NCBI GenBank assembly: GCA_051530055.1
Contig: CM121341.1
Location: forward strand, 7,852,784 to 7,916,783
Source: Neoechinorhynchus agilis
Taxonomy: Eukaryota > Animalia > Acanthocephala
Reading direction: 5' to 3'
DNA: 64,000 bases
A program made the position numbers and the translations under genes. Below the pieces are notes generated by a model, which was not told the origin of the DNA, ran no database searches, and was given only the letters and a program-made list of their open reading frames with translations. Shown one piece after another: positions 47,418 through 61,689 of the stretch (positions within the stretch are counted from its first letter, which is position 1; each line of letters opens with the position of its first letter).

Positions 47418-49145
47418 ATGTCAAACTCAATTCAAAATGTGGACATTGAAGATATCTTGCGAAAGATGTCGACAATTAATTTATATTTCACTAGAACAAG
47501 TTTATGGCAGACTTGGATGTTTTTGATCAATTCACCCTTCTGTGTAATGACTTCTATGACTTCGCTTATTGATTATTTCACGAATAATGCTGATTATACA
47601 TGTTGGATTCCCGATAATGTATCGATGAGCGATGCGATTCCAATTAATGCAGATGGAAAATTGGAAAAATGTAAAGTCTTTGAGAATTATACTTCACTGT
47701 CAAATAAAACAATTCCCTGTCCGACGGCTACATCCACCCGCTTCCCGACGACAGATCGCTGGTATTCACTTTTGATCTATACTGCGATCGGGAATACTTG
47801 AAGGATATTCCACAGCCAGCCTTTTTCATAGGATCAGTAATTGGGGCAGCCGTTTTGTCAATGTTTGGCGACAACTTTGGTAAGAATCCAATTGCTCTTC
47901 TCGGGACTTGGATCAATATCATATTCGGAATAGGCTGTGCACTTTCAAACACCATCTAAATCGGATGCTTCCGATCAGTTAAAATCATTATATCTTTCTT
48001 ATTGATCGGAATCACCTTGATATTTATTTATAGTATTTCGTTTTTTATCCGGAATTTGCTGGCAGATGGGTGAACTTTCTTGTCATATTCTTAGCGTTGA
48101 AATCTATGCAGCCGAATACAGAGGTATCCCGTTCATAATGGCTAATTTCATTTGGTGTATAGGAATGTTGATGTTGGATTTAGTCGCTTATTTTGTTAGA
48201 GGATGGCGGAATCTATATTTGACAGTTTATGTTCCAGTCGCAATCACTGTACTCTATTATTGGATTATGAGAGAAAGTTTATTTTGGCTTGCAGTTCATT
48301 AACGACAAGCTGATGTAAATGAAATATTAACCGAAGCATACAAAATGAATTCAACCAAACAACAAGATCAAATGTTTCTTTCACTTGACGACGATATCGA
48401 ACTAATGGCTGATGATTCAGAGGCCCAAACTCGTGTCCCGCTGCCAAATCGGATAAAGAAAAACTTAAGACCAATGCTTTCGTCAATTGTGTTTCCATAT
48501 TCGTTATTTTGTGGATGTCTCCTAATTTCATTGGCTTCTTTTAGTTATTTCGGATTTACACTATCAGCGTCCGCATTTTCGTCCAACATCTACTTGCATT
48601 TCTTTATTACAACTATTATTGATATTCCACAGATTGTCTTATGTAGCGTCGCAACGAAATTCTTCGGACGAAAAACTCTAAGTCTTTTCACCAATCTTTT
48701 GCTTGTAGTCATATCTATAATATTTGCTGTCCTTCCTACAGGCAATCAAGCAGCCTTGAATGTCTTCAATCACATCGCAAAGTTCTCGGCGTCGACTAAT
48801 GCTGATATCGTTTGGATGCTCGTAACAGAGCTATTTCCAACGAAGTACAGACAATTCGGATTTGGGTTTGCTTCTTTTGTCGCTGGAATAGTAACAGCTT
48901 TAAGTCCTTTCTTGAAAGATCAACTGACTTCTCAAAGACTCGCAACTATGCTCTCGATTGGAGGTTTTGCACTTTTTGCTGCCATACTGATAATCTTTTT
49001 ACCTGAGACAAAATACCATACGATGGCAGAACTTTCTGATATGAAGGGGCTACGACAATGCGCAAGAGAAACGTTTGGTTGGATGCGGAGGAAGCAAAAA
49101 GATGAGCAAGTATCGGAGCTTCAGAATATAACAAATGAAGATTAG
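47418..49145 (+). pseudogene. SLC22/MFS organic cation transporter-like gene with three lesions
   Basis: FDLYCDREYL...FFIGSVIGA...GDNFGK, ELFPTKYR and LPETK motifs. Lesions: a -1 frameshift near 47728, a 62-bp TA-flanked insert at 47959-48020 and an in-frame TAA at 48300-48302. Confidence 0.75.
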
Positions 49146-49559
49146 TGTGAGCGTTCATGAATTGATTTAAAGAAGTAAAAAGGCATTTTGTCAGAGATTG
49201 TAGGTAGAGATTAAAATTGGTACAGCTAAGATATTTTTAAAGAAAGGTTTCCGGTTGCGTATTGCATAGCGAAATTAATCGGCTGGAATCATCTTAAACT
49301 GCTTTCTTTGTGTGCCATTCGCCGTGCTCGTCTGGCGCAGGAACGATGAGTACACGTTCGAGTACTTCAAACCGATTCTCATCCCCGAGGATGAATTCGG
49401 CGGATAATACCAGTTCGAAATTCTATTAAGTCGGTGGATATCAATAAAGGGGCAGATGCTACAACGGGTTGTTAAAGCTACGATTCTAAATCATTGAAGT
49501 TTAAGTCGTCTTACAAAAATAACGCCCTTGCCATTTTAAAGCTAAAAAAGAGAATGATT

Positions 49560-52500
49560 ATTAGCGATGTTTAAGGGTAGGAATTGGTGGTTATTGTTTA
49601 CAAGAGAGCTTGTGAGGTTTGGTCTTTAATCAGGTTCATTTCAGGTTATGATATCCGAGAAGATTTGGCGGTAAGGAAAAAGGAGCAGAGGTCGAGAGAG
49701 GTGCGAGGTAAAGGAGGATGAAACGAATTAGGATTACGATTGTTGTGCTCATGAGAAAAATGATCGATATGTGGTCGAAATTGTGTTTCAAGGGTTGAGA
49801 GGCGTTTTGATTGTTTAATGAAAATAACATCAATGCATTCGGTGGGGGGAAAGTCAGCTGGGCAAATTTTAGATGCTCTTTTACGAAGAATTTCAAGACG
49901 AAAGATTTGAGATTTGGAAAGGTTGCAGAAGACGGGGAGAGTAAAATAAAGGTGAAGTAAAATTTGAAGAGATCAGGTAAAGGGATTCCTAAAGGTCGAC
50001 GAGGATTTGCTCAAATTGTGCTCCATCTGTCGTTTCCTAGAATGGAGCACATAACAAATCAATATTCTTCTCAACTTCTTTAAAACTTTTATTCTGTGTT
50101 CTTTGACGATAAGAAAAGAAAATTGATTGGAGACAAATTTTAAAGGTGTTGAGCCTGAGGGAGAGAATGATGCCCGAGTCCAATTTCAAGTTTGATCGAA
50201 ATTGAAGATCCAGAATTCTGAGGGAGGTGATTTCGTTGGATGTCATTTGGAAGATCGGGGGATGATGTAGGGTTGCGGACGAGGAAGGATCATTTCGAAG
50301 CATTTAGAGAAATTGAGATGGAGTTTGTGATTGGTGCAGAAATCTTTCCTGTGTGTGATTTCTTGGTGGTGATTGGGTGATAGATTAGAGGGGTTTGAGG
50401 TTGTTTAGGAAAATATTAAAAGGAAGTGGTGATAGGACGGCACCTTGACGTAAAATTTGGAGAGATTAGGTGAAGGGATTTTTAAATATCGGATTCGTTT
50501 TAGGAGACACATTTTAAAGGTGTTGAGCTTGAGGGAGCGATGTCCGAGTCCAATTTCAAGTTTGATTGAAATTGAAGATCCAGAATTCTGAGGGAGGTGA
50601 GTCGCAGGGTGTCATTTGGAAGATCGGGGGATGATGTAGGGATGCGGACGAGGAAGGATCATTTCGAAGCATTTAGAGAAATTGAGATGGAGTTTGTGAT
50701 TGGTGCAGAAATCTTTCCTGTGTGTGATTTCTTGGTGGTGATTGGTTGATAGATTAGAGGAGTTTGAGGTTGTTTAGGAAAATATTAAAAGGAAGTGGTG
50801 ACAGCACAGCACCTTGACGTAAAATTTGGAGAGATTAGGTGAAGGGATTTTTAAATATCGGATTCGTTTTAGGAGACACATTTTAAGGGTGTTGAGCTTG
50901 AGAGAATGATGCCCGAGTCCAATTTCAAGTTTGATTGAAATTGAAGATCCAGAATTCTGAGAAAGGTGAGTCGTAGGATGTCATTTGGAAGATCGGGGGA
51001 TGATGTAGGGTTGCGGACGAGGAAGGATCATTTCGAAGCATTTAGAGAAATTGAGATGGAGTTTGTGATTGGTGCAGAAATCTTTCCTGTGTGTGATTTC
51101 TTGGTGGTGATTGGGTGATAGATTAGAGAGTTTGAGGTTGTTTAGGAAAATATTAAAAGGAAGTGGTGACAGCACAGCACCTTGACGTAAAATTTGGAGA
51201 GATTAGGTGAAGGGATTTTTAAATATCGGATTCGTTTGAGGAGACAAATTTTAAAGGTGTTGAGCTTGAGAGAGAATGATGCCCGAGTCCAATTTCAAGT
51301 TTGATTGAAATTGAAGATCCAGAATTCTGAGGGAGGTGATTCGTTGGATGTCATTTGGAAGATCGGGGGATGATGTGGGGTTGCGGACGAGGAAGGATCA
51401 TTTCGAAGCATTTAGAGAAATTGAGATGGAGTTTGTGATTGGTGCAGAAATCTTTCCTGTGTGTGATTTCTTGGTGGTGATTGGGTGATAGATTAGAGGA
51501 GTTTGAGGTTGTTTAGGAAAATATTAAAAGGAAGTGGTGACAGCACAGCACCTTGACGTAAAATTTGGAGAGATTAGGTGAAGGGATTTTTAAATATCGG
51601 ATTCGTTTGAGGAGACAAATTTTAAAGGTGTTGAGCTTGAGGGAGAGATGTCCGAGTCCAATTTCAAGTTTGATTGAAATTGAAGATCCAGAATTCTGAG
51701 GGAGGTGATTCGTTGGATGTCATTTGGAAGATCGGGGGATGATGTAGGGTTGCGGACGAGGAAGGATCATTTCGAAGCATTTAGAGAAATTGAGATGGAG
51801 TTTGTGGGTGCAGAAATCTTCTGTGTGTGATTTCTGGTGATTGGGTGATAGATTAGAGGTTTGAGGTTGTTTAGGAAAATATTAAAGGAAGTGGTGAAGC
51901 ACGCACCTTGACGTAAAATTTGGAGGAAGGGATTTTTAATGTCGTTTAGGAGACAATTTTGGTGAGGAGAGTGATCGAGTCATTCAGTTTGATTGAAATT
52001 GAGAAGAATTCTGAGGGAGGTGATGTGGATGTCATTTGGAAGTCGGGGATGTGGGTGGGAAGGATCATTTCGAAGCATTTAGAAAATTAGTGGAGTTTGT
52101 GATTGGTGCAGAAATCTTTCCTGTGTGTGATTTCTTGGTGGTGATTGGGTGATAGATTAGAGGAGTTTGAGGTTGTTTAGGAAAATATTAAAAGGAAGTG
52201 GTGACAGCACAGCACCTTGACGTAAAATTTGGAGAGATTAGGTGAAGGGATTCTTAAATATCGGATTCGTTTGAGGAGACAAATTTTAAAGGTGTTGAGC
52301 TTGAGGGAGCGATGTCCGAGTCCAATTTAAAGTTTGATTGAAGGCGATAGACGCCAGCAATGGTGAATTCTCTGAGGTCGATTCTCAGAGGAGCTATGAA
52401 ATGGACTGCGATGAATTCTATATCGAAGTTTTGAAGAGAGCCTGTGATAGATAAAGAGTAAGGTAACGATTGCCGTACGTAAATTGAGACCCCCCTCCTT

Positions 52501-53800
52501 GACGGTCATCGTGGTATGGAAGGAAGAGTACCCGGGAAGGATGGCTGAATCGCTGTTGAAGGGGGTAAGCCACGTTTCTATTAAGATGACTACGTCGGCT
52601 TTTGAGGTAGATGAATTGAGTGAAATTTTATCTAGTTTAGGAAGGAGGTTACGAGTACTGGAGTAGTCCTGGGAGACACAATTTGATCATAGATGACCAG
52701 TTAATCACTTGTGGTGTTTATGAGCTCCATCATGGAGTCAATTTGGAGCAAGGAGGACTCAAGTCGAGAGGTCGGAGGGCGATAGACGCCAGCAATGGTG
52801 AATTCTCTGAGGTCGATTCTCAGAGGAGCTATGAAATGGACTGCGATGAATTCTATATCGAAGTTTTGAAGAGAGCCTGTGATAGATAAAGAGTAAGGTA
52901 ACGATTGCCGTACGTAAATTGAGACCCCCCTCCTTGACGGTCATCGTTGTATGGAAGGAAGAGTACCCGGGAAGGATGGCTGAATCGCTGTTGAAGGGGT
53001 AAGCCACGTTTCTATTAAGATGACTACGTCGGCTTTTGAGGTAGATGAATTGAGTGAAATTTTATCTAGTTTAGGAAGGAGGTTACGAGTATTGGAAAGG
53101 CAATTTTTGATTTCGGAAAACCGCGGGCAGAAGTATAGGAGATTGGGGTTGCTCGTGCCGACAAAGAACGATGGATTATCCTAAAGAGAGAAGTCCAAGG
53201 GCGATTCTGAAATTTGAGTTGGGATGAGTGATTGGTAATGATAGAAATGAGTTTAGAGTTGAGACTTTGTATGGATCAGCTACGATATGTTTTTGTGTAG
53301 CGGTTAGAGAGATAATTATTTACTTGATTCGGGAAAAAAAGTGTGTTTAATGTGGAAATGCTGGGCGATTGACCTTTGTGGCTTTTCGGGCGCCGGTGGA
53401 GTTGCACGTAGTCATAGAAGTTGGGAAGTCGCTCACTCTTGGAGTTTTTGGGACGAGGAAGATGTTCGAGGGTATTCGCTAAAAGTGAAGTATTATATTG
53501 AGAAAATGAGGTCTGGGTTGAGTATGGAGGGGTGTTGATAAGATTTTGTGATAAGTTTTTATGTAGATAGATACGAAAAGAAAGTTGTGAAGTGAGAAGT
53601 CTGTGTCGCCTGTCAACGAGTGGTGAAATAAAAGTGACTTTGAGGAGACGAGGTCTCTGGTTAAAGGGTTTTTTGGAGGGAATGTGCATAAAAGTTGATG
53701 GGGAGGATATTGAAAAAAGGAGTTGACCGATACAAATGATTTGGTGGCGGTTGTGTGCATCAGCGGCGACGGGGGATGATGGGCTAAATGTTGTTGTCAA
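49560..53800 (-). mobile_element. Rearranged CR1/L2-like LINE: ORF1 tail, duplicated APE N-terminus, tandem RT fragments and 3' end
   Basis: ORF1-like RIYLHKNLS; APE NTRNLLPKLD...DVVILIETWLT...LPGY (two copies about 440 bp apart); RT LSPLPFNIFLNN...LHLNFSKC. Confidence 0.75.
49990..52340 (-). repeat. Tandem array, ~365-370-bp unit x ~6, derived from LINE RT
   Basis: The junction gcaccttgacgtaaaatttgg recurs at about 50449, 50809, 51178, 51548, 51904 and 52212. Confidence 0.9.
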
Positions 53801-54344
53801 CCTTATATCCTTAAAGTTATTTGTTCCTCCTTTTACTCTCGTTATTATTCGTCAGATGTTTCGTTGACCTTTTGTTCGACTGTAGCTTTCTTATTAGTTA
53901 CTTTAGCTGAATTCCTTTCGCTTTTTATCCCAGTCACAATATCAGACTCATCCACAGTAATTTTAGAATCATTGAGTACTACAGGCTGAATATCCTCCTG
54001 AGGGTGGTACCAAGTCGCTAGTAATTGTCGAAATATTCGCAGTAGTTCCACAGCGACTAAGTGCGCAAGAATAATTAAAACTCCGACTATGGAATTGAAA
54101 TCCAAATTAGATTCGCTGAAGTAAGAAAATCCCAAAAGTGTTCGAGAAAATACAGAGTATTCAAAACAAAATCCACGAAGAACATCTGAAACGAGGTTTG
54201 CGGAAATTATCACAGAATGGCCACTATGATATTTTCAAACTGTGTGCTTTCTTCTTTAGGTATAAATCTGTTCAGCTTTAAAGTGCATGCGTCCCAAAAA
54301 CTATCAATCATTTTTCTTTAAAATAAAGTAGATCGACCAAAAAG

Positions 54345-55827
54345 TCAATGATCAATATTTTCCTTAACATATTCCGTGTTTTTTCCTTCCATTGCTCTGT
54401 CATCATTAACTCCATTATTTAAAGATTCAACTGTTTTTATTTCATCATTAATTGAATGTATCTGCAGTATATTTGAACGTAATGGTTTATCATCGGCCGG
54501 CGCTCTACGAATACCCAATTGATTGCGGCGTTGAACGCAATTTATGGCATTTACTAAAAAGAAATAACGGAGAAACAATTAAAACGAAAAACTAACTTAA
54601 TACACGCAGAGTTTCGGTTGAAAATGTATTTGTGGTGTTCAAGTGCTCAGGCAATCCCCATCGATCTCGCGTGTCATTCATGGTGGTTCTAAGAGGTGAG
54701 TAAATTCCTAGTCGACTCGGTCGATTGAAGCAGTTGTCCAGAAACCGGAAATTGAATGGATAAATCGGAACATCAAGCGGTTTAGTGTTCAATAACAATT
54801 CATTACTACTTGTTTCAGGTTGTGAAGACATTCTTAGACCATTGTTCCCTGCCACGGAGTCTATTGGAGCCACTTCTAAATAATGAAAAACACGTTAACG
54901 CTCGAGTAAAGTTTTTTTGGCATGCAGAAGCTAAATTGTTCGTTTTGTGAAACGATTTTGGGGTACTCGAGACAACCAGAAATGAAACTTGTTACACATT
55001 AAACACTTTCAAAAGGTTACTAAATTTGCTTACCATTATCTTCATGAGTTTCGTCGTTTGCTGAACGTGCTTCAGCTGGACTTCGATCCGTCTGACGTTT
55101 GTTAGGATATTCAGAGATCCCACGATACCACGATTCGGTTACATTTGGTGTGAAGAAGTTAACTCTACTGATCCGGCGGCCGCTGTATTCGGTTGATAGA
55201 TTGGCGTGAAGTGTTCTTGTAACATTGGACACTCTGTAAGAGTTTCGAAAATCTTTATAACGAAATTGTGTTATCTAAGACTTTGACAAAGTGAGTGTAG
55301 CTTACAGGGATTTGGCGGATAATTCGCGATTGGCGAGGACTGAAACGCGGGTCTTATAGTCACTCGACGGTTATTGACTTTAAACCGTTTTACCTTCAAC
55401 AAAACTAATGCTAAAAAACACAGTTAACATAGCAAACACTTACATCGCTGAGGGCGCAACATGCACTGTTGGGATTACTGAAGGTAATGAACGCATATCT
55501 AAAAAGATTGATTTAAAACCCGTTTTTATAAAACGGAAGCAGAACTAACGATCGAGCGACGTGTTCGTTGGCGTTGACCTTCTTAAAAGCTACTATTTTT
55601 CCGTACTTTTTAAATGGTTTGCACACAGCATTCCGATCGGCGTCGTCTCCAGCGTTTGCAACAAATATTCGGTTGAGGATGATGATTGAGTCAAGTGGGA
55701 TTGCATACTTGTCGAGAACTACACGATACCTCAAAGGTAAATTCGGAATGTCGGATTGTTTTGCACAGAACACAATATCTTGGTCAACTTGAACAGTTGT
55801 ATAGGAGTCGCTACGTTCTAGTGGCAT
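54345..55827 (-). CDS. Boule/DAZ-like RRM protein, multi-exon
   Basis: IILNRIFVAN (compare VIPNRIFVGG), KKYGKIV...ARS|YAFITF RNP1 and RVTIRPA (compare KLNIGPA). The downstream exons are low-complexity and less certain. Confidence 0.55.
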
Positions 55828-56015
55828 TATGAAGAAACTCTGTAGGTATAGGATACATTTAGTTTTCGGTGTATATCGTTTCCATGACAACCTTATGCGA
55901 GTAAGCTACAAAATTCTACCTAAAATCCCAATTCGACGTATTTTGCCGCCGCGACGCAGCACCTTCCCTCATCGAGTATAGAGAGATATTCTTTTTTTTT
56001 GATGTGATTGTAAAA

Positions 56016-56571
56016 CTATTTCGTTTGTTTAGACAAGATTCGTTCTTTAACTGCGTGAAAAACGTTTTTTGCTTGAACATGCTCGAATATTTCCTTTGGA
56101 TGCATGGGCTCGTTTTGAACGGTAGGCTCTTTACCGTCCACGTCGACATTATAAGAAACGTACGGTTTTAGCTAAAACATCAAATTCTGAGAAGCAATTG
56201 AGCAAAAAATGTACCCGTTCAAGATCATGTGCACTAAGTTCCGGTACAACCAACTCAGGCTCCATTTCCTCAATATAAATGAATCGCATTCGCTTTTTAT
56301 CCACATATCCAGGGCTTTGAACATTGTAGTCTGAACAAGCAAAGTTGATGAAGAGAAAAAGAATTGGGAAACGCATACGGTAGCGGGTTTTTAGCAACCA
56401 ATCATAGCTTCCACCAGGGCGATGAGGTGAACCGGATTTGGCTGTTGCTCGTTCACGTTTGTCCAGTGGAATTAGACCGCAACGCTTGTGGTCCAAAGGA
56501 AAAAAGATGACGGACGATGTTGAAAAGTGTCTGTAGATTGATCGGATTCGAGAAAGCAAGTACATCTTCAT
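56016..56571 (-). CDS. MRPL41: Mitochondrial ribosomal protein L41-like, two short introns
   Basis: RFIYIEEMEPELVVPELS...|LKPYVSY resembles [28 protein letters not shown]. Confidence 0.75.
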
Positions 56572-56795
56572 AAGAACAAGTCAGTTTTAGGTTATTAAAG
56601 AATAATCTTGCATTAAACTAGTATCAATTAAGATAAAAAAAGTCACGGCTCTAAAGAAACAGAGAATGCTGTAATGGTCAAGCTTAAAAACAGTAAAATT
56701 TAACTATATGCCCCACATAAGCTAAACATTTCCAGAATTCGACTCTTTCAACCACAATGACACGCATTAGTCAAGACTCAATTTTGTTAGCTTGC

Positions 56796-58240
<1,445 letters not shown>

Positions 58241-58394
58241 CTTCTATCTAAAAAGAGCAATTGTATGCGAAACTATAAATGAAGAACGAAACAACGATTT
58301 AAAAATCGAAAATACGTAAAAAAATTACAATTCGGTCCGGAGTACAATGAAGTTTAAGAATAGAGACGATTAAAAATGTTCAATTATGTAGTTC

Positions 58395-60076
58395 AAATCG
58401 AACTCAAACGACCATAGGTTCTAAAGACCTTATTAAAAAGGGAACCACAAAGCTCCCAAAGCTAAAAGTTTAGATTTCAGTGCGAAAAAAAGGAGAATTT
58501 GTGAATTAGGTGAAACAAAGATTTTAATTTTTAAACATCGAGGTAGTGATAATCCGGATAAAGGATATTTTGATGATATCAAATTCCTTTTTTCACGAGC
58601 AAATGTTTCAAATGAACTTTAAAAAAGTTCAAATCGAACTCAAACGACCACAAGTTCTAAAGACCTTATTAAAAAAGAACCACAAAGCTCCCAAAGCTAA
58701 AAGTTTAGATTTCAGTGCGATAGGTTCTAAAGACCTTATTAAAGGGAACCACAAAGCTCCCAAAGCTAAAAGTTTAGATTTCAGTGCGAAAAAAATTTGT
58801 GAATTAGGTAAAACAAAGATTTTAATTTTTAAACATCGTGGTAGTGATAATCCGGATAAAGGATATTTTGATGATATCAAATTCCTTTTTTTCACGAGCA
58901 AATGTTTCAAATGAACTTTAAAAAAGTTCAAATCGAACTCAAACGACCACAGGTTCTAAAGACCTTATTAAAAAGGGAACCACAAAGCTCCCAAAGCTAA
59001 AAGTTTAGATTTCAGTGCGAAAAAAGGAGAATTTGTGAATTAGGTGAAACAAAGATTTTAATTTTTAAACATCGTGGTAGTGATAATCCGGATAAAGGAT
59101 ATTTTGATGATATCAAATTCCTTTTTTCACGAGCAAATGTTTCAAATGAACTTTAAAAAAGTTCAAATCGAACTCAAACGACCACAAGTTCTAAAGACCT
59201 TATTAAAAAGGGAACCACAAAGCTCCCAAAGCTAAAAGTTTAGATTTCAGTGCGAAAAAAGGAGAATTTGTGAATTAGGTGAAACAAAGATTTTAATTTT
59301 TAAACATCGAGGTAGTGATAATCCGGATAAAGGATATTTTGATGATATCAAATTCCTTTTTTTCACGAGCAAATGTTTCAAATGAACTTTAAAAAAGTTC
59401 AAATCGAACTCAAACGACCACAAGTTCTAAAGACCTTATTAAAAAGGGAACCACAAAGCTCCCAAAGCTAAAAGTTTAGATTTCAGTGCGAAAAAAGGAG
59501 AATTTGTGAATTAGGCGAAACAAAGATTTTAATTTTTAAACATCGAGGTAGTGATAATCCGGATAAAGGATATTTTGATGATATCAAATTCCTTTTTTCA
59601 CGAGCAAATGTTTCAAATGAACTTTAAAAAAGTTCAAATCGAACTCAAACGACCACAAGTTCTAAAGACCTTATTAAAAAGGGAACCACAAAGCTCCCAA
59701 AGCTAAAAGTTTAGATTTCAGTGCGAAAAAAGGAGAATTTGTGAATTAGGCGAAACAAAGATTTTAATTTTTAAACATCGTGGTAGTGATAATCAGGATA
59801 AAGGATATTTTGATGATATCAAATTCCTTTTTTTCACGAGCAAATGTTTCAAATGAACTTTAAAAAAGTTCAAATCGAACTCAAACGACCACAAGTTCTA
59901 AAGACCTTATTAAAAAGGGAACCACAAAGCTCCCAAAGCTAAAAGTTTAGATTTCAGTGCGAAAAAAGGAGAATTTGTGAATTAGGTGAAACAAAGATTT
60001 TAATTTTTAAACATCGTGGTAGTGATAATCAGGATAAAGGATATTTTGATGATATCAAATTCCTTTTTTTCACGAG
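58395..60076. repeat. Satellite, ~235-bp unit x ~7; one unit has an internal ~65-bp duplication
   Basis: gataatccggataaagg recurs at about 58548, 58846, 59082, 59317, 59553, 59788 and 60024. Confidence 0.95.
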
Positions 60077-60726
60077 ATCGAGGATTACAACCACCACAAT
60101 TCTGAAACGATTTTGGCCGTGATTTTCTAGAGTTTGTCCATTCAAAACTTACGTCAGACTCCTCGTTTGACACGAAAGAAACGTTAGGAAAATTTTTCGG
60201 CATTTGTCCTTGTTTGTTAGTTGTGTTCTTTGTTGTCATAAATAAACAAAAGACGTGTTTATGCTTTAGTTTTTGTCAATGAGCGCATTTTCGAGTTGGA
60301 TTGAACATCTCATTGAACACGGAAAGTTTTGCGCTCTGTTTCTAAATCCACGGTTTTTAAGCTTTAAAAATCTCACAATGTTTTACATTTTTTTCCTAAC
60401 GTGATTTGCTCAAAAAGACATCTCGCTTTTTTCGGTTCTTTTTTTTGTCACTTTCATCGACTCCTGAAACTGTGAGAGACGCGTTTTTTAATTGTCAGAA
60501 TTTTATTGTTTCCATATCCAAGTCTTCATGGTGTCCGGAGGATGAATCAATCGATGTTTTCGACGTGCAAACGCGTTTTGATGACTTTACGTCTTTTAAA
60601 ACGAAGTTTCTGTTCGATATTTCGCGTCGTAAATAGGCGATTCGAGATCAGGATCATCCTTTCGACCATTTCACCAGTGATCCAGAGTTTATAATCACAC
60701 ACCCAAAAAAAGAGTATAATTTGAAG

Positions 60727-61536
60727 ATGTCATTTGATTCGAAGCGTCTATCGGTTCAAGATTCGCCGAATGAGCCGATAATGGATGAAACTGTTCGAGA
60801 TGAAAGTCCTCGTTATCCCTTTTCAGTCGTATGGGTACCGATTCCGTTAATAAGGTACACATCCCAACCGTCTTCTTCTTCTTCATCCGCCATTCGAAGC
60901 TGGATAATTCCAATGTGCGGTCATTTGGGTATCTGTAACAGTAGAGGCATAATCCACGATTTCGCTGGATCGGAAACTGTCAACGTAAGCATTCGGAGCT
61001 CATTGAAACCACTAAAGTTTATCTTATAGATCGACGATATGTTATTTGGCAATCCGACGCTCTGTTATCGTATTCTACCAGGAGGACCTTTAACAAACGA
61101 TGATGCATTCGTTGCAAAGTGGGACTCGGAAATCACAGAAAATACTGAAAAGTATAAACGGAAAAATGTTAGTTATACGCTTGAGAATAACAGATTTGCA
61201 CCTAAAATCGTTTTAAGCATTACTTAATCTTCTCTAATTGCCATTCGTTTGTTTCTGACATTCTTCGAAATTTGGGTTATTCATTTTGGACATACAATCC
61301 AGTGTGTCTTTTAGTGCAAATGATAGTGCGTGGAAATTACGTCCAGTGAGTCTTTTGCTAGAAATTCGGTTTTGTCACTATCAAACTTTAGCTATGGTAC
61401 AAGAATCCAGGGGTTTTTACGATCGGTCTCACCGGCCATTCTCTTCTGGACATTTTTGGGTTTGTGTATCGAGTTTTTTTCGAGGTCCATCAGATCGAGC
61501 GTTTCCGGAAAAGGTCTCACTATCAATGGTTATTGA
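60727..61536 (+). CDS. TMEM222: TMEM222-like, five exons
   Basis: RYPFSVVWVPIP...GHLGIC...IIHDFAG...MLFGNP...WD...NCHSFV. Four in-phase 45-50 nt GT-AG introns. Confidence 0.85.
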
Positions 61537-61689
61537 TGATTGACAGTGTCAGTTTGTAACATTACCATCCTAAAATTCCGTTTGCACTCAAAAACTAACG
61601 CTCTTAAATAAACAAGACCTTTCTTGACGCTCATTATTATTTCACAAAAGAAATTGTTCGCAAAGAGTAACAATTAAATCTAGAAAGCC

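Noticed and set aside
51790-52110. Highly deleted repeat copy as a biological variant
   Set aside because: Many scattered small deletions confined to one unit look like low-coverage long-read consensus error. This is also a caution for 1-nt frameshifts elsewhere.
60000-60239. Gene truncated by the 235-bp satellite
   Set aside because: Short ORF with no recognisable motif and no continuation beyond the array.
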